The notes under the pieces: generated by a model
What the model saw: only the letters and a program-made list of their open reading frames with translations
Databases searched by the model: none
Told to the model about the DNA's origin: nothing
Part shown: positions 43,692 to 54,596 of the stretch, one piece after another
How the letters are laid out: every line of letters starts with the position of its first letter
Numbering within the stretch: the first letter of the stretch is position 1
From: Microcoleaceae cyanobacterium
GTDB taxonomy: Bacteria > Cyanobacteriota > Cyanobacteriia > Cyanobacteriales > Microcoleaceae
Reading direction: 5' to 3'
NCBI GenBank assembly: GCA_051652765.1
Contig: JBOFUV010000052.1
Coordinates: forward strand, 62,270-126,269
DNA length: 64,000 bases
Program-made: the position numbers and the translations under genes

Positions 43692-45428
43692 GTGCTGTAT
43701 TTAGCAGAAGTACAAAAGCAGAAAAGTGGTTTTGGTCTGGGTGGCGGTCGGTCTGAGCTGAAGCTCTTGGCTTGTCAACGGAGTGAGAGCAACTGGGTTG
43801 CAGTCCCAGGGGACGATGTTGTTCCCGCAGAGGATGCCAGTGGGTTCAAGGAAGGGGCTTTGGTCTTAGTTGATCTCAATGCTGGCAAGCAAGTGCAGCG
43901 CATCCAGGAAGCCTCTCGCCAGCTTGTTAGTATTCTTCAAGAGTTTTCTCGCTTGCAAGAAAAATTCAAGACGCAGCAGGAAGAAATCGAGCAATGGAAA
44001 GAATCCCTAACTTACCAAAGCCAGGAACTGAACCGTCGCGAGATGGAAATGGAAGCCCAACGGGAACAAGTTGAGCAACTGGAGACAGAGTTTGAGCGCC
44101 TCGAACAGCAGCGTCAAGAAGTTACCCTTGCTCAGGAAGAAGGCAGTCGCCTCCGGGCCGAACTAGAGCAGGCCCGTCAAGAAATCGCCACGACCCAAAA
44201 TCGTCTGCAAGCCCAGATTCAAGAACTAGAGTCCAAACAAGCAGAACTCAAGACCTCTGCGACCGTAAGCTATGATCAGGCCCAAGTCTTGCAGGAAGCG
44301 TTGACACAGATTGCCCCAATTTCCCTCGAACTCCTCCAGGGGCAAATCCAGCGGGCTCAGGAAAAACTCCAAACAGGTCAAACCCTCCTCCAAACCTACT
44401 GGCAACAACTCCAGGAAAAACAGGCAGCCGTTCATCAAGCCCAACAGGAAACCCAGAGCCTTTATCAAGCCCTCCAAAGCCAGCGGCAGACTTGGAACGC
44501 GGCTCAAACAACCTTGACCCAAACTCAGGTTGATTTCAAAGCTAAGCAGAGTCAGCTCCAAGCTCAACAAAACAGCAAACAGTTGCTTCAGGTTCAGATT
44601 CAAGCTCAACAAGCCCTGATCCAACATTTGGAACGCCTGTCAACCCAGGTTGGTCAAGGAGGCATTGCAGTCACAGTTGATACTCAGATGCTTGAGTCTA
44701 TGCCAATTGAACAGTTAAAGGGAGACGCTGAAAAACTGCGTCAGGAATGGGAGAAAGGGACTCGCCTTGTAGGAGATGAAGAAGAAGAACTGAAATCTAA
44801 ACAAGAAGAAATTACAGCGTTGCAGGAGAGAATTCAACATGCCTCTGCAGAGGAGCGATCGCAGCTCGAAGAAGAGCTTGCTGATGAACAAGATGCCTAT
44901 GAAATGTTGAATCGTACCATTGAGGGACAGCTCCGGACGCTGCGGGAACGGGAAGCCATCCTGAATCAGTATCAAGTGATTTTGGGACGACGACAAGGGC
45001 AGCCTTCCAATTTGCAGCCCAATGGCCCGGTCACCTTTGCACTAGTGCTCTCTAGTGTGATAGAACGACAGCAGCAACACCAACAGGAACTGCAAGCCTC
45101 AGAGACAGACATTCAAACCCTGCAAAGAGCGATCGCCCAAGATCAGGACACTCTCAACCGCCAAATCTCCGAACAACAGCAACAGCGCCAAGCCATAGAG
45201 GCTCAAGAGCAAGCCTGGGTAGAAAAGAGCTGCAAAACAGCAGAGCTTTTAGGGCAAGTTGCCCTCTACCAGGAGATACTTCAACCCACCCAGAATTACT
45301 GGGATGAGCTTCGACAACAGATTGAAGGGGCAACGGCTGAACTCAACCAGCTAACGACTAGCAAACAACAGCAAACTCAGCAAGTTGAGCAGCTTCGCCA
45401 AACCTTGGCAACCCTGGTTAGTGTTTAA
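43692..45428 (+). CDS. hmpF: Coiled-coil pilus motility taxis protein HmpF
   Basis: (M)LYLAEVQKQKSG...LKLLACQR, EEIEQWKESLTYQSQELNRRE; divergent from the hmp/pil operon; GTG start at 43692. Confidence 0.9.
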   Translation: MLYLAEVQKQKSGFGLGGGRSELKLLACQRSESNWVAVPGDDVVPAEDASGFKEGALVLVDLNAGKQVQRIQEASRQLVSILQEFSRLQEKFKTQQEEIEQWKESLTYQSQELNRREMEMEAQREQVEQLETEFERLEQQRQEVTLAQEEGSRLRAELEQARQEIATTQNRLQAQIQELESKQAELKTSATVSYDQAQVLQEALTQIAPISLELLQGQIQRAQEKLQTGQTLLQTYWQQLQEKQAAVHQAQQETQSLYQALQSQRQTWNAAQTTLTQTQVDFKAKQSQLQAQQNSKQLLQVQIQAQQALIQHLERLSTQVGQGGIAVTVDTQMLESMPIEQLKGDAEKLRQEWEKGTRLVGDEEEELKSKQEEITALQERIQHASAEERSQLEEELADEQDAYEMLNRTIEGQLRTLREREAILNQYQVILGRRQGQPSNLQPNGPVTFALVLSSVIERQQQHQQELQASETDIQTLQRAIAQDQDTLNRQISEQQQQRQAIEAQEQAWVEKSCKTAELLGQVALYQEILQPTQNYWDELRQQIEGATAELNQLTTSKQQQTQQVEQLRQTLATLVSV

Positions 45429-45436
45429 ACCAGTGT

Positions 45437-48040
45437 TTAAACCACAACAAAATTCACCAACTTACCCGGAACAACAATCACTTTCTTAACTTGCTTGCCT
45501 TCGGTATGTTTCTGGGCAACTTCGGAGTACGTTGCTAACCGTTCTAGAGTTGCTGAATCAGCTTGAGCCGGAGCTTGAATGGTTCCGCGAGTTTTGCCAT
45601 TGACTTGGATCACCAGGGTGATTTCATCAACGATTAAAGCCTCTGGATCAAAGATCGGCCAGGGTTGTAGATGAATTGATTCGGAATGCCCTAACCTGGC
45701 CCATAGTTCCTCAGAAATATGAGGCGCAAACGGAGCCAAGAGCTTGAGCAGGGTTTCAATGCCTGCTCGATAGGCGGAGGAGGATTTGCAGTCTGAATCC
45801 GACAGGGCGTTGCTCAGTTTCATCAATTCTGATATCGCCGTATTGAACTGATAGTCTCCCGCCAAATCCTCTGAAACCTCTTTGATGGCCATATGAATCG
45901 CTCGGCGCAGATCTTGTTCGGGCTTGGTCTGTCTAGAATTCTGGGCAGTTTGTGATCCGGCTTTTAATCCAGGATGTGATCCTTGACGACTGATCGCCTC
46001 TTCCACCAAACGCCAGACCCGGTTCAAAAATCTGAACTGTCCTTCTACGTCAGCATCATCCCACTCCAAATCCTTTTCGGGAGGAGCCTTAAACAAAATA
46101 AACATGCGAGCGGTATCTGCCCCATACTTACTCATCACGTCCAAAGGATCAACTCCGTTGTACTTGGACTTGGACATTTTCTCGTAGAACATTTCCAGTT
46201 TGTCCCCGGTAGCTGGGTCAACGGGATTATCAGCCTTGACCTGGGCTAAAGGAATATATTTTCCCGTGACTGGATTTTTATAGGTAATTCCCTGCACCAT
46301 GCCCTGGGTCAACAATTTTTGAAACGGCTCATCAATCGTCAACAACCCCCGGTTAGTGACTCCAGTGCTGACTGGAAAGTCCCGCAGCACTTTGGTGAAA
46401 AAGCGGGAATACAGCAAGTGCAGAATCGCGTGTTCAATGCCGCCAACATATTGATCAACTGCCATCCAATCGTTGGTGATTGCAGGATCAAAAACCTGCT
46501 CTGAGTTCTGGGCATCAGGATACCGAAGAAAATACCAGGAAGAATCAATAAAGGTATCCATAGTGTCCGTTTCTCGCTGGGCTGGAGTGCCACAGCTTGG
46601 ACAGAGAACGTTCACCCAGTCTGTGATCTGAGCCAAGGGGGATGGCCCTCGGCCCGAAAACTCAATATTCTCCGGCAACCTCACTGGCAAATCCGCCTCC
46701 GGGACAGGCACCGTGCCGCAATCAGGACAGTGAATCATCGGAATCGGCGCGCCCCAATAGCGTTGACGGGAAATCAACCAATCCCGCAACCGATACTGCA
46801 CCCGGCCCTCTCCATAACCCTCGTCTTCGGCATAGTCAATCACCTTCTGCTTCCCCGTTGCAGACATCTCGCCACTAAAAGGGCCGGAGTTAATCATAAT
46901 GCCGGGTTCGGTATAAGCCTCAGTCAAATATTCCGCTGCATCATCGGGCACAATCACCTGGGTAATCGGCAGACCGTACTGTTGAGCAAAGGCAAAATCC
47001 CGGACATCATGGGCTGGAACTCCCATCACCGCCCCTGTACCGTATTCATACAGGACGTAATCCGCAATCCAGATGGGAATTTCTTGATGGTTGAAGGGGT
47101 TGATGACTTTGCCCCCCGTTGGAACCCCCTGTTTGGGTCTGTCCTCCGCAGTCCGATCCAGTTCGCTCTGTTGAGCAACCGCCTGGATAAAGGTCTCAAC
47201 TTCGGCTTGTCGTTCGGACGTAGTCACCTTGGCCACCAAGGGATGTTCAGGAGCCAAGATTAGGTAGGATACGCCGTAGACGGTATCGGGACGAGTGGTA
47301 AATACAGCAATTTTTTCATCCTGGCCAGCAATCGGAAACTCCAACCGCGCCCCCACAGACTTGCCAATCCAGTTAGCCTGCATTAACCTCACCCGTTCAG
47401 GCCAACCGGGAAGTTTTTCCAAGTCATTCAACAGTTCCTCGGCATAGGCTGTAATTTTGAAGAACCACTGGCGCAGCAACTTTCGCTCCACTTTTGCGCC
47501 CGACCGCCACGAACGCCCTTCACTATCGACCTGCTCATTGGCCAAAACCGTTTGGTCAATGGGGTCCCAATTGACAGCGGCTTCCTTTTGATACGCCAAT
47601 CCAGCCTTGAAAAATTGTAAGAAAATCCACTGAGTCCAGCGGTAGTACTCTGGGGAACAGGTGGCCACTTCCCGTTCCCAGTCAATCGAAAACCCCAATT
47701 TCTGCAACTGTTCCCGCATCTGGGCAATATTCTGGTAAGTCCACTGCGCCGGGGGAATACCTCGATCAATAGCAGCATTCTCCGCTGGTAGTCCAAAGGC
47801 ATCCCAGCCCATGGGGTGCAACACCCGATGACCTTGCATCCGCTTCAATCGGGCAATCACATCCGTAATGGTGTAATTCCGAACGTGTCCCATGTGCAGG
47901 TTCCCTGAAGGGTAGGGAAACATAGACAGTGCGTAGAACTTAGGCCGAGTTATATCGGTTGGGGTTTTGTATAAGCCTTGTTCAGTCCAGGTTTGTTGCC
48001 ACTTTGATTCAATGGATGCAGGATTATATCGGGACTCCAC
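45437..48040 (-). CDS. leuS: Leucine--tRNA ligase
   Basis: [21 protein letters not shown]1 editing domain; GTG start at 48040 with GGAGGGAG RBS. Confidence 0.97.
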   Translation of the reverse strand: MESRYNPASIESKWQQTWTEQGLYKTPTDITRPKFYALSMFPYPSGNLHMGHVRNYTITDVIARLKRMQGHRVLHPMGWDAFGLPAENAAIDRGIPPAQWTYQNIAQMREQLQKLGFSIDWEREVATCSPEYYRWTQWIFLQFFKAGLAYQKEAAVNWDPIDQTVLANEQVDSEGRSWRSGAKVERKLLRQWFFKITAYAEELLNDLEKLPGWPERVRLMQANWIGKSVGARLEFPIAGQDEKIAVFTTRPDTVYGVSYLILAPEHPLVAKVTTSERQAEVETFIQAVAQQSELDRTAEDRPKQGVPTGGKVINPFNHQEIPIWIADYVLYEYGTGAVMGVPAHDVRDFAFAQQYGLPITQVIVPDDAAEYLTEAYTEPGIMINSGPFSGEMSATGKQKVIDYAEDEGYGEGRVQYRLRDWLISRQRYWGAPIPMIHCPDCGTVPVPEADLPVRLPENIEFSGRGPSPLAQITDWVNVLCPSCGTPAQRETDTMDTFIDSSWYFLRYPDAQNSEQVFDPAITNDWMAVDQYVGGIEHAILHLLYSRFFTKVLRDFPVSTGVTNRGLLTIDEPFQKLLTQGMVQGITYKNPVTGKYIPLAQVKADNPVDPATGDKLEMFYEKMSKSKYNGVDPLDVMSKYGADTARMFILFKAPPEKDLEWDDADVEGQFRFLNRVWRLVEEAISRQGSHPGLKAGSQTAQNSRQTKPEQDLRRAIHMAIKEVSEDLAGDYQFNTAISELMKLSNALSDSDCKSSSAYRAGIETLLKLLAPFAPHISEELWARLGHSESIHLQPWPIFDPEALIVDEITLVIQVNGKTRGTIQAPAQADSATLERLATYSEVAQKHTEGKQVKKVIVVPGKLVNFVVV

Positions 48041-48070
48041 AGTTCTCCCTCCAGGCAGGACAGATTCAAA

Positions 48071-48135
48071 CAATATTCAGTCAGACAATATCAGTCAGAC
48101 AATATCAATCAGACAACATCAGTCAAACAGTACAG
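48071..48135. repeat. About four 14-bp tandem repeats (TCAGACAATATCAG-like) between carA and leuS
   Basis: cagtcagacaatatcagtcagacaatatcaatcagacaacatcagtcaaaca. Confidence 0.8.
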
Positions 48136-48225
48136 ACCAAAAAGTCTCAAGCATATGCTCGATCATTCTTGCACATTCCTTATAGGAATCGGGATGAACC
48201 CAAAGTTCAGACTCAGACCGCTGCC

Positions 48226-49410
48226 CTAAGCCTTGGCCTGTTCCATTGCCTTAACAAACTGTTCAAACAAATAGTCTGCATCATGGGGGCCGGGACTGGC
48301 TTCAGGGTGATATTGGACTGAGAACATCGGTAGGGTCTTGTGCTTCAACCCCGCCAAGGTTTGGTCGTTGAGATTCAGATGTGTAACTTCCATGGTAGCA
48401 GCGACGCTGTCCAAATTGAGAGCAAAGCCATGATTCTGGCTGGTAATTTCTACTTGATGTTGGAGTCCACAGGGTTGATTGAGGCCGCGATGACCAAACT
48501 TGAGCTTAAAGGTATCTCCCCCCACAGATAGCCCCAGAATTTGATGGCCCATGCAGATCCCAAACATGGGTTTTTCGGATTCCAATAGTGCCTTTACAGT
48601 GGCAATGCCTTCTGTTACCACCGCCGGGTCACCAGGGCCATTAGACAAAAAGATACCATCGGGGTTGTACTGTAAAACTTCTTCTGCGGAGGTGTGGGCC
48701 GGGACAACAATCACTCGACAGCCATAACTAGCTAGACGGCGCAGAATATTTCGTTTGATCCCAAAGTCAAGGGCTACAACGGTGTAGCGGGGTTGAAGTT
48801 CCCCGGATGCTGATTCTGTTGAGGCTGACTCTAATGGTAGAGAGGATTGCAGGGAAGGGCTAAACTCCCAGGCTGGGGCCGTGGGTTCAGACCACTCATA
48901 GACGGCTTGAGTGGTAACGGTTTTGACCAGATTCAGTCCCGTCATGGAGGGGGAACGGTCTACCACATTTTGCAACTGGGCGGGGTCAAGAATTTCGGTA
49001 GAGATGGCACCATTCATCGCTCCAACGGTTCGAATCTTGCGGGTGAGAGCGCGGGTGTCAATTCCATAGATCCCTGGAATGTTGTGTTGTTTAAGATAGT
49101 CGGGCAAGGATTGCGTAGACCGCCAGTTGCTGGGAGTCCGACAAATGTTACGGGCGATCGCTCCTTTGACCTGAGGTCGGTTGGATTCTTCATCTTCTGA
49201 GTTCACCCCAGTGTTCCCGAGTTCAGGATAGGTAAAAGTTACAATCTGACCACAATAGCTCGGATCAGTCAGCACCTCCTGATAACCCGTCATACCTGTG
49301 TTAAAAACAACTTCTCCGACGACGGTTCCACTCGCACCAAAAGAGTAGCCTTGATAGAAAGTCCCGTCAGCCAGAACTAGTAGAGCAGGTTGAGCAGTAG
49401 TAAGCGACAT
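48226..49410 (-). CDS. carA: Carbamoyl-phosphate synthase small subunit
   Basis: [38 protein letters not shown]; probable start MSLTTAQ at 49410. Confidence 0.96.
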   Translation of the reverse strand: MSLTTAQPALLVLADGTFYQGYSFGASGTVVGEVVFNTGMTGYQEVLTDPSYCGQIVTFTYPELGNTGVNSEDEESNRPQVKGAIARNICRTPSNWRSTQSLPDYLKQHNIPGIYGIDTRALTRKIRTVGAMNGAISTEILDPAQLQNVVDRSPSMTGLNLVKTVTTQAVYEWSEPTAPAWEFSPSLQSSLPLESASTESASGELQPRYTVVALDFGIKRNILRRLASYGCRVIVVPAHTSAEEVLQYNPDGIFLSNGPGDPAVVTEGIATVKALLESEKPMFGICMGHQILGLSVGGDTFKLKFGHRGLNQPCGLQHQVEITSQNHGFALNLDSVAATMEVTHLNLNDQTLAGLKHKTLPMFSVQYHPEASPGPHDADYLFEQFVKAMEQAKA

Positions 49411-49620
49411 AGACCCTCGGACGTTAGTAAGTTGCCCTTCATTATTCCAAACTTTACCGATTGTGGCCAGTCCTAGGGAGGGGACAAGGCCGCAAACTTC
49501 ATCGTTTGCTGACAGACGACCCCAATCCATGAAATGAGTTGAGGTATTGTAGATCTATTTCTATTTTTATAAATCTATAAAATTTTGTAAAAAGTTATTT
49601 CCATACCCTATTTCAATAAA

Positions 49621-51096
49621 CTACTTCAATAAACTACGTTTATAACTACTTTCATAAACCTTTTGATTTGCTTTGACAGACTTTTCCAAGTCAACTATTG
49701 GATTGGGATAATCTACGCCTAGCCGTAAATTAAAACGTTTTTGTTCAACCGGAAGTAGCTTCCACGGAGTATGAATTTTTGTAGCAGGCAACTCTGATAA
49801 TTCTGGCAGCCAATGCTTCACATACTCTCCATTTGGGTCATAATCTTGGGCTTGTTTCAGAATGTTGAAATAGCGAAATCCTCTAGCATCGTTCCCCACA
49901 CCAGCAGTATAGTTCCAATTTCCCCAGTTACTACAAACATCGTAATCAATTAACAGTGACTCAAACCATTCAGCGCCCATCTGCCAGTTAATTCCTAGAT
50001 TTTTAGTTAGGAAGCTAGCGACATTTTGTCGGCCTCGATTGGACATAAATCCCGTTGCCGCCAACTCTCGCATATTCGCATCAATAAATGGAAAGCCCGT
50101 GGTTCCAGCCTGCCAGTGCTCAAACTGTTGCCAATCTTCTTTCCAAGGAATTGATACCCCTTGCAATCCAGATTGATAGAAAATGCGATCGCCATGTTTC
50201 GCACTAATAAATCGGAAATAATCCCGCCAAATCAGTTCAAAAATGAGCCAATAAGTGGAATCATTTCTAACTCGTCGGGTTTCATAATCCTGAACCTGAT
50301 TATAAATTAATCGAGGCGACAAGCAGCCCAAGGCCAGCCATGATGAAAACTTTGAAGAATAGTCAGCGCCCAACAGACCATTGCGAGTTTCTTTATATCG
50401 CTTCAAACAATCTCTCTCCCAAATATACTGCTGCAATCGTTCTAGTCCTGCTGTTTCTCCTCCGTGAAATTGCAGAACCATTCGTTTATCAATCAGGGGA
50501 GATTCTAGCCTTAAATTGTGAAGTGTAGGGAGTTCACCCATTTCTAAATCCGGGAGAGTTGGTAGTTTATTAGGGATAGGAAAGGTTGGATAAATCGTCC
50601 CAGTCTGCTCAACTTGCTTGCGAAATTGAGTAAAGATTTCAGGAATTCGATTCACTAGAAAAGGCAAGTCATCAATATGATATAAAGTTGCTCCCCAGTA
50701 GGGTTTTAGATCCACCTTTAAAGACTCCAGAGCGGTTTTTAATTTCTGTTCAACTGCTAATTCCTCAGATGTTACTTCTTGATAGTAATACACTGTATCA
50801 ATTGTCAAAGACTTAACAATTTCTGGAATAATCTGCTCTGGCAAACCTTGGCGAATGACTAAGTTACTACCCAATCCCTGCAGCGAATTGCGTAAATCTT
50901 TCACACTTTCCAGTAAAAATTGGCCACGAAAATTCCCTGTTTTAGGGAAACCAAAGGAGGTTTGGCCAAATTGCCGAGGATCAAAACAGTAAACCGGAAT
51001 AATTTCAGCCTGAGCTTTGATGGCTAGATGCAGAGGCTCGTGATCATGAACTCGTAAATCATTACGATACCAAATCAGAATTCGTTGATAACTCAC
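49621..51096 (-). CDS. DASH-family cryptochrome
   Basis: WYRNDLRVHD, YKETRNGLLGADYSSKFS, FMSNRGRQNVASF, YTAGVGND. Confidence 0.92.
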   Translation of the reverse strand: MSYQRILIWYRNDLRVHDHEPLHLAIKAQAEIIPVYCFDPRQFGQTSFGFPKTGNFRGQFLLESVKDLRNSLQGLGSNLVIRQGLPEQIIPEIVKSLTIDTVYYYQEVTSEELAVEQKLKTALESLKVDLKPYWGATLYHIDDLPFLVNRIPEIFTQFRKQVEQTGTIYPTFPIPNKLPTLPDLEMGELPTLHNLRLESPLIDKRMVLQFHGGETAGLERLQQYIWERDCLKRYKETRNGLLGADYSSKFSSWLALGCLSPRLIYNQVQDYETRRVRNDSTYWLIFELIWRDYFRFISAKHGDRIFYQSGLQGVSIPWKEDWQQFEHWQAGTTGFPFIDANMRELAATGFMSNRGRQNVASFLTKNLGINWQMGAEWFESLLIDYDVCSNWGNWNYTAGVGNDARGFRYFNILKQAQDYDPNGEYVKHWLPELSELPATKIHTPWKLLPVEQKRFNLRLGVDYPNPIVDLEKSVKANQKVYESSYKRSLLK

Positions 51097-51191
51097 AATT
51101 AATGCTAGTATTCCCTAAGACTGCTATATAAATTTTACTTGTTATAAATTATTATTTACAGCACATTAAAGTTAAGGTGGTAGGTTGATTG

Positions 51192-51827
51192 ATGAGTTCT
51201 ATTGTTTTTTGTGATTTTGATGGCACAATTACTGCTGAGGAAACCTTTGTTGGTATGTTGAAGCGGTTTGCTCCTGAGGTTTCTGCCGAAATCATGCCCC
51301 TACTCTATACCCATCAGATGACTCTCAGACAAGGGGTCAGAGCCATGCTGGAATCTATTCCATCTAGTTGCTACCCAGAAGTCATTGAATTTGCTCGGAC
51401 AAAGTCAATCCGTCCTGGATTAGCAGAATTTATCACGTTTTTAGAAGCTCAAGATGTTCCTTTCGTTGTTGTTTCTGGAGGAATTCGAGGGATGATTGAG
51501 ACTGTTTTAAAAGAACTGCTGCATCGGATTGCTGGCATTTATGCAGTTGACATTGATACGAGGGGTGAATACTGGCAGGTTCATTCCAACTTTGAAGTAG
51601 GCACTGAGTTAATTGCAAAAGTTCAAGTCATGGAGCAATATCATGCAGATGAAAAAATTGCTATTGGAGATTCGATCACTGACCTGAACATGGCCTTGAC
51701 TACCCCATTGGTATTTGCGCGTGACCGGCTGGCAAAGTACTTAGATGAAAGCCAGAAAAATTATGTTCTTTGGACGGATTTTTTTGATATCAAAAGTTAT
51801 CTAGCTCAACACTGGAACTGCAATTAA
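51192..51827 (+). CDS. HAD-IB phosphatase (MtnX-like)
   Basis: FCDFDGTIT, VVSGG, IGDSITD, VFARD. Confidence 0.85.
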   Translation: MSSIVFCDFDGTITAEETFVGMLKRFAPEVSAEIMPLLYTHQMTLRQGVRAMLESIPSSCYPEVIEFARTKSIRPGLAEFITFLEAQDVPFVVVSGGIRGMIETVLKELLHRIAGIYAVDIDTRGEYWQVHSNFEVGTELIAKVQVMEQYHADEKIAIGDSITDLNMALTTPLVFARDRLAKYLDESQKNYVLWTDFFDIKSYLAQHWNCN

Positions 51828-51864
51828 TATTGATGTTTATTATTTTTTAGAGGGGATAATAGCA

Positions 51865-52905
51865 ATGGCAAAGTTTACTCGGATTTTAGCCTTGGATGGA
51901 GGTGGTGTTCGAGGACTAATTCCCGCCCAAATTTTAATCTATGTTGAGCAGCGTCTACAACAACGAGCAAGAGATTCAAAAGTCAGAATCGCAGACTATT
52001 TTGATTTGATTGCTGGCACAAGTGCTGGTGGAATTTTAACGTCTCTCTATCTCTGTCCTCAGTATCGAGAGCCGACTAGACCTCGGCTTTCTGCTCAAGA
52101 AGTTGCAGACTTTTTCTACAACAAAGCCGATCAAATTTTTTCTCGGTCATTTTGGAGTAGCTTGTTAAACTTTGGTGGGATTTTTAATGAAAAGTATTCT
52201 TCTCGAAGTTTAGAGCGACTGGGCCGAAATTTTTTCGATGATTTAAGGCTGAGTGAACTATTAAAGCCCTGTCTAATTACGGCTTATGAAATTGAACGTC
52301 GTAAAGCCTTTTTTTTCACACAACATGATGCTTATTTGGATTCTAAACAGGATTTCTTAGTGCGGGATGTGATTCGTGCAACAACGGCAGCTCCTACCTT
52401 TTTTGAAGTTGCTCAGATTAGATCTTTAAGAAATGATGTTTATACTTTTATCGATGGTGGAGTCTTTGCAAATAATCCTGCTCTTTGTTCCTATGCAGAG
52501 GCACGGCATAAGTTTAATCATCACTCCAATATCGATCAACGATACGAAAGTGGCCCAACAGCAAGAGAAATGGTTATTTTATCATTGGGAACTGGAGATA
52601 TAAAAACAGCATATCCATATGAAAAAGCCAAAGAATGGGGGAAAATTAGATGGTTGACTCCATTATTTAATATTATCATGACTGGAACTGCGGAAACAGT
52701 TGATTATCAATTGCTTCAAATTTATAATGCAATTGAATATCCTCAAGGTTATCTGCGAATCAATCCCATTCTAAGAAGTCACGGTGTGATGCCCATTGAT
52801 GATACTTCCCAAGCAAACCTTGATGCAGTTGTAAAACTGGGTAAAGAGCAAACACAACAATATCAGAATCGCTTAGATGACTTTATTGAACTGCTATTAC
52901 TCTAG
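51865..52905 (+). CDS. Patatin-like phospholipase
   Basis: DGGGVRG, GTSAG, AAPTFF, DGGVFANNP. Confidence 0.93.
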   Translation: MAKFTRILALDGGGVRGLIPAQILIYVEQRLQQRARDSKVRIADYFDLIAGTSAGGILTSLYLCPQYREPTRPRLSAQEVADFFYNKADQIFSRSFWSSLLNFGGIFNEKYSSRSLERLGRNFFDDLRLSELLKPCLITAYEIERRKAFFFTQHDAYLDSKQDFLVRDVIRATTAAPTFFEVAQIRSLRNDVYTFIDGGVFANNPALCSYAEARHKFNHHSNIDQRYESGPTAREMVILSLGTGDIKTAYPYEKAKEWGKIRWLTPLFNIIMTGTAETVDYQLLQIYNAIEYPQGYLRINPILRSHGVMPIDDTSQANLDAVVKLGKEQTQQYQNRLDDFIELLLL

Positions 52906-52939
52906 GTTTAATGCCAAACAACAAGATTAGATGATAAGC

Positions 52940-54154
52940 CTAAACAAATCGGTGAGTAAACTCGCAAATCAAATCAATTCGGCCTTTTCTTAGCATTGCT
53001 GGATCAAAGCGTTCAGTCGTATTACAAGTCATGAGGATCACTAACTTCTGTTCACTAGCAATGCCATTGACATTTATAATACTTTGATATAATGTTCCGT
53101 CCAACAGACTTAAAATCCGTTCCGTTTTACTGTTATTTTGTGCAACTTCTAGGGCTCGATTTTTTGCGAGATTATCAGCTTCATTGATAATTAAACAGAT
53201 CTGTTGCAAATAGTTGGGTGGGACAAAATTCTCAACAGCATCATGATCTAAGATAAAGATTACATATCCTAAAGGTGCTAGGATTTCTTTGGCGATCGCC
53301 TGAGTCCAAGCTGTTTTTCCAGTGCCGGGTTCCCCATGAACAAGAGCAGCTAACCGAGACTGGTCGAGAATTGCTTGCTCTACAGAATCCGTAAAGTTCT
53401 GGATATCCTGAGGAAATTCACCCAGAGAAAATTGGCTGGCAATTTGCCCAACTCGACTTTGATAACCACTCACAATGACGGCCAAATTATAAGTTGCTTT
53501 GCTTGTTAAAGAAGAAATGTCTTCTGCCAACAAAATATACCAATATTTGTTTTGTTGCTGACCAATTTCAATCTGAAGCCAAATGTTATATTCTGACCAA
53601 TAGGCATAAGCTACACCAAAGACCGCTATATTTTTCCAATTGATAAAGTGATCGCAAGGATAATAGAAATACCGATCCAAATAGTATTGAGTGATAGAGT
53701 CAGGGCGACCTAAAGTCTCGAGAATTTTCAGTACAGTTGTTTCCTGAAGTTGTTTCAATACTTCATCAATAGGGATACTATTGCGGTTGATTACCGGAGT
53801 TAGAGGAGTTTCAGTAACTAGTTTTTCTTGATGAAAGCGACTTGGAACAGGGGGAGCTGGAGTAATATAATTCCAAAAGGATTCAACATCATAGCGAGTG
53901 TCCTCGGAAAAGAGCTTCATAATATTTGCCCACCAAGCATAGTCCTGCCGCCCCAGTGTATTGGCTAATACACTCACTGCATCCAGCGTTTTCTGCGTTA
54001 ATTCTTGGGTATCATGAGTTAGCAGATGGGTTAAAAATTCTAGATCAACTTCTCGATTAAGAGGACGCCATCCTGTCCCCAATAAACTGATTGATTGAGA
54101 GTTAGAACTGTTTGAATTATATTGATTGTTACCAAAGTATCTTGAATAGCTCAT
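52940..54154 (-). CDS. AAA-family ATPase with an uncharacterised N-terminal domain
   Basis: Walker A GEPGTGKT, Walker B-like LIINEAD, TCN, DPAMLRKGRID. Confidence 0.85.
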   Translation of the reverse strand: MSYSRYFGNNQYNSNSSNSQSISLLGTGWRPLNREVDLEFLTHLLTHDTQELTQKTLDAVSVLANTLGRQDYAWWANIMKLFSEDTRYDVESFWNYITPAPPVPSRFHQEKLVTETPLTPVINRNSIPIDEVLKQLQETTVLKILETLGRPDSITQYYLDRYFYYPCDHFINWKNIAVFGVAYAYWSEYNIWLQIEIGQQQNKYWYILLAEDISSLTSKATYNLAVIVSGYQSRVGQIASQFSLGEFPQDIQNFTDSVEQAILDQSRLAALVHGEPGTGKTAWTQAIAKEILAPLGYVIFILDHDAVENFVPPNYLQQICLIINEADNLAKNRALEVAQNNSKTERILSLLDGTLYQSIINVNGIASEQKLVILMTCNTTERFDPAMLRKGRIDLICEFTHRFV

Positions 54155-54353
54155 TCCTGATCCAATGCTCTAAACTAACAAGTAAAGGAACTATAAACAG
54201 GTGAGAGAAAGTAAAACATGGATTGTATTATGCTTATACTACATTCTAGCTTATCTCTTTTAAAATGGCAATGCAGAATGGCAATATAGCATTCCACTGA
54301 GTAGGATGAATAATATGATGAGGGGGAAAGCTTGGTTATAACAGGAAGCAAGA

Positions 54354-54462
54354 TATAGCCGTTTTTGATTAGATGTAGTAATACAGAGTGATTCTCATAA
54401 ATCCCCTTAACGAGGAGAACTTGATAGCTGAGATGTCTTGCACTGATTTAAAAACTGCTGTA
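54354..54462. mobile_element. MITE-like element of about 105 bp flanked by TA (IS630-style ends)
   Basis: TA|TAGCCGTTTTTGATTAG ... CTGATTTAAAAACTGCTG|TA. Confidence 0.6.
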
Positions 54463-54596
54463 TGACAATCTGATTAAGTAATTCCATAAAATTATTTTGA
54501 AATAACTTTATTAAAATTGTTAGATGTCGATCCTACTATCAGTGCTTCCCATGGAATATACCTACTCATAAATAGCTTAGAACTACTCTGTATCGG

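Noticed and set aside
51865..52905. Patatin as a CBASS CapV effector
   Set aside because: No CD-NTase or other cap genes nearby
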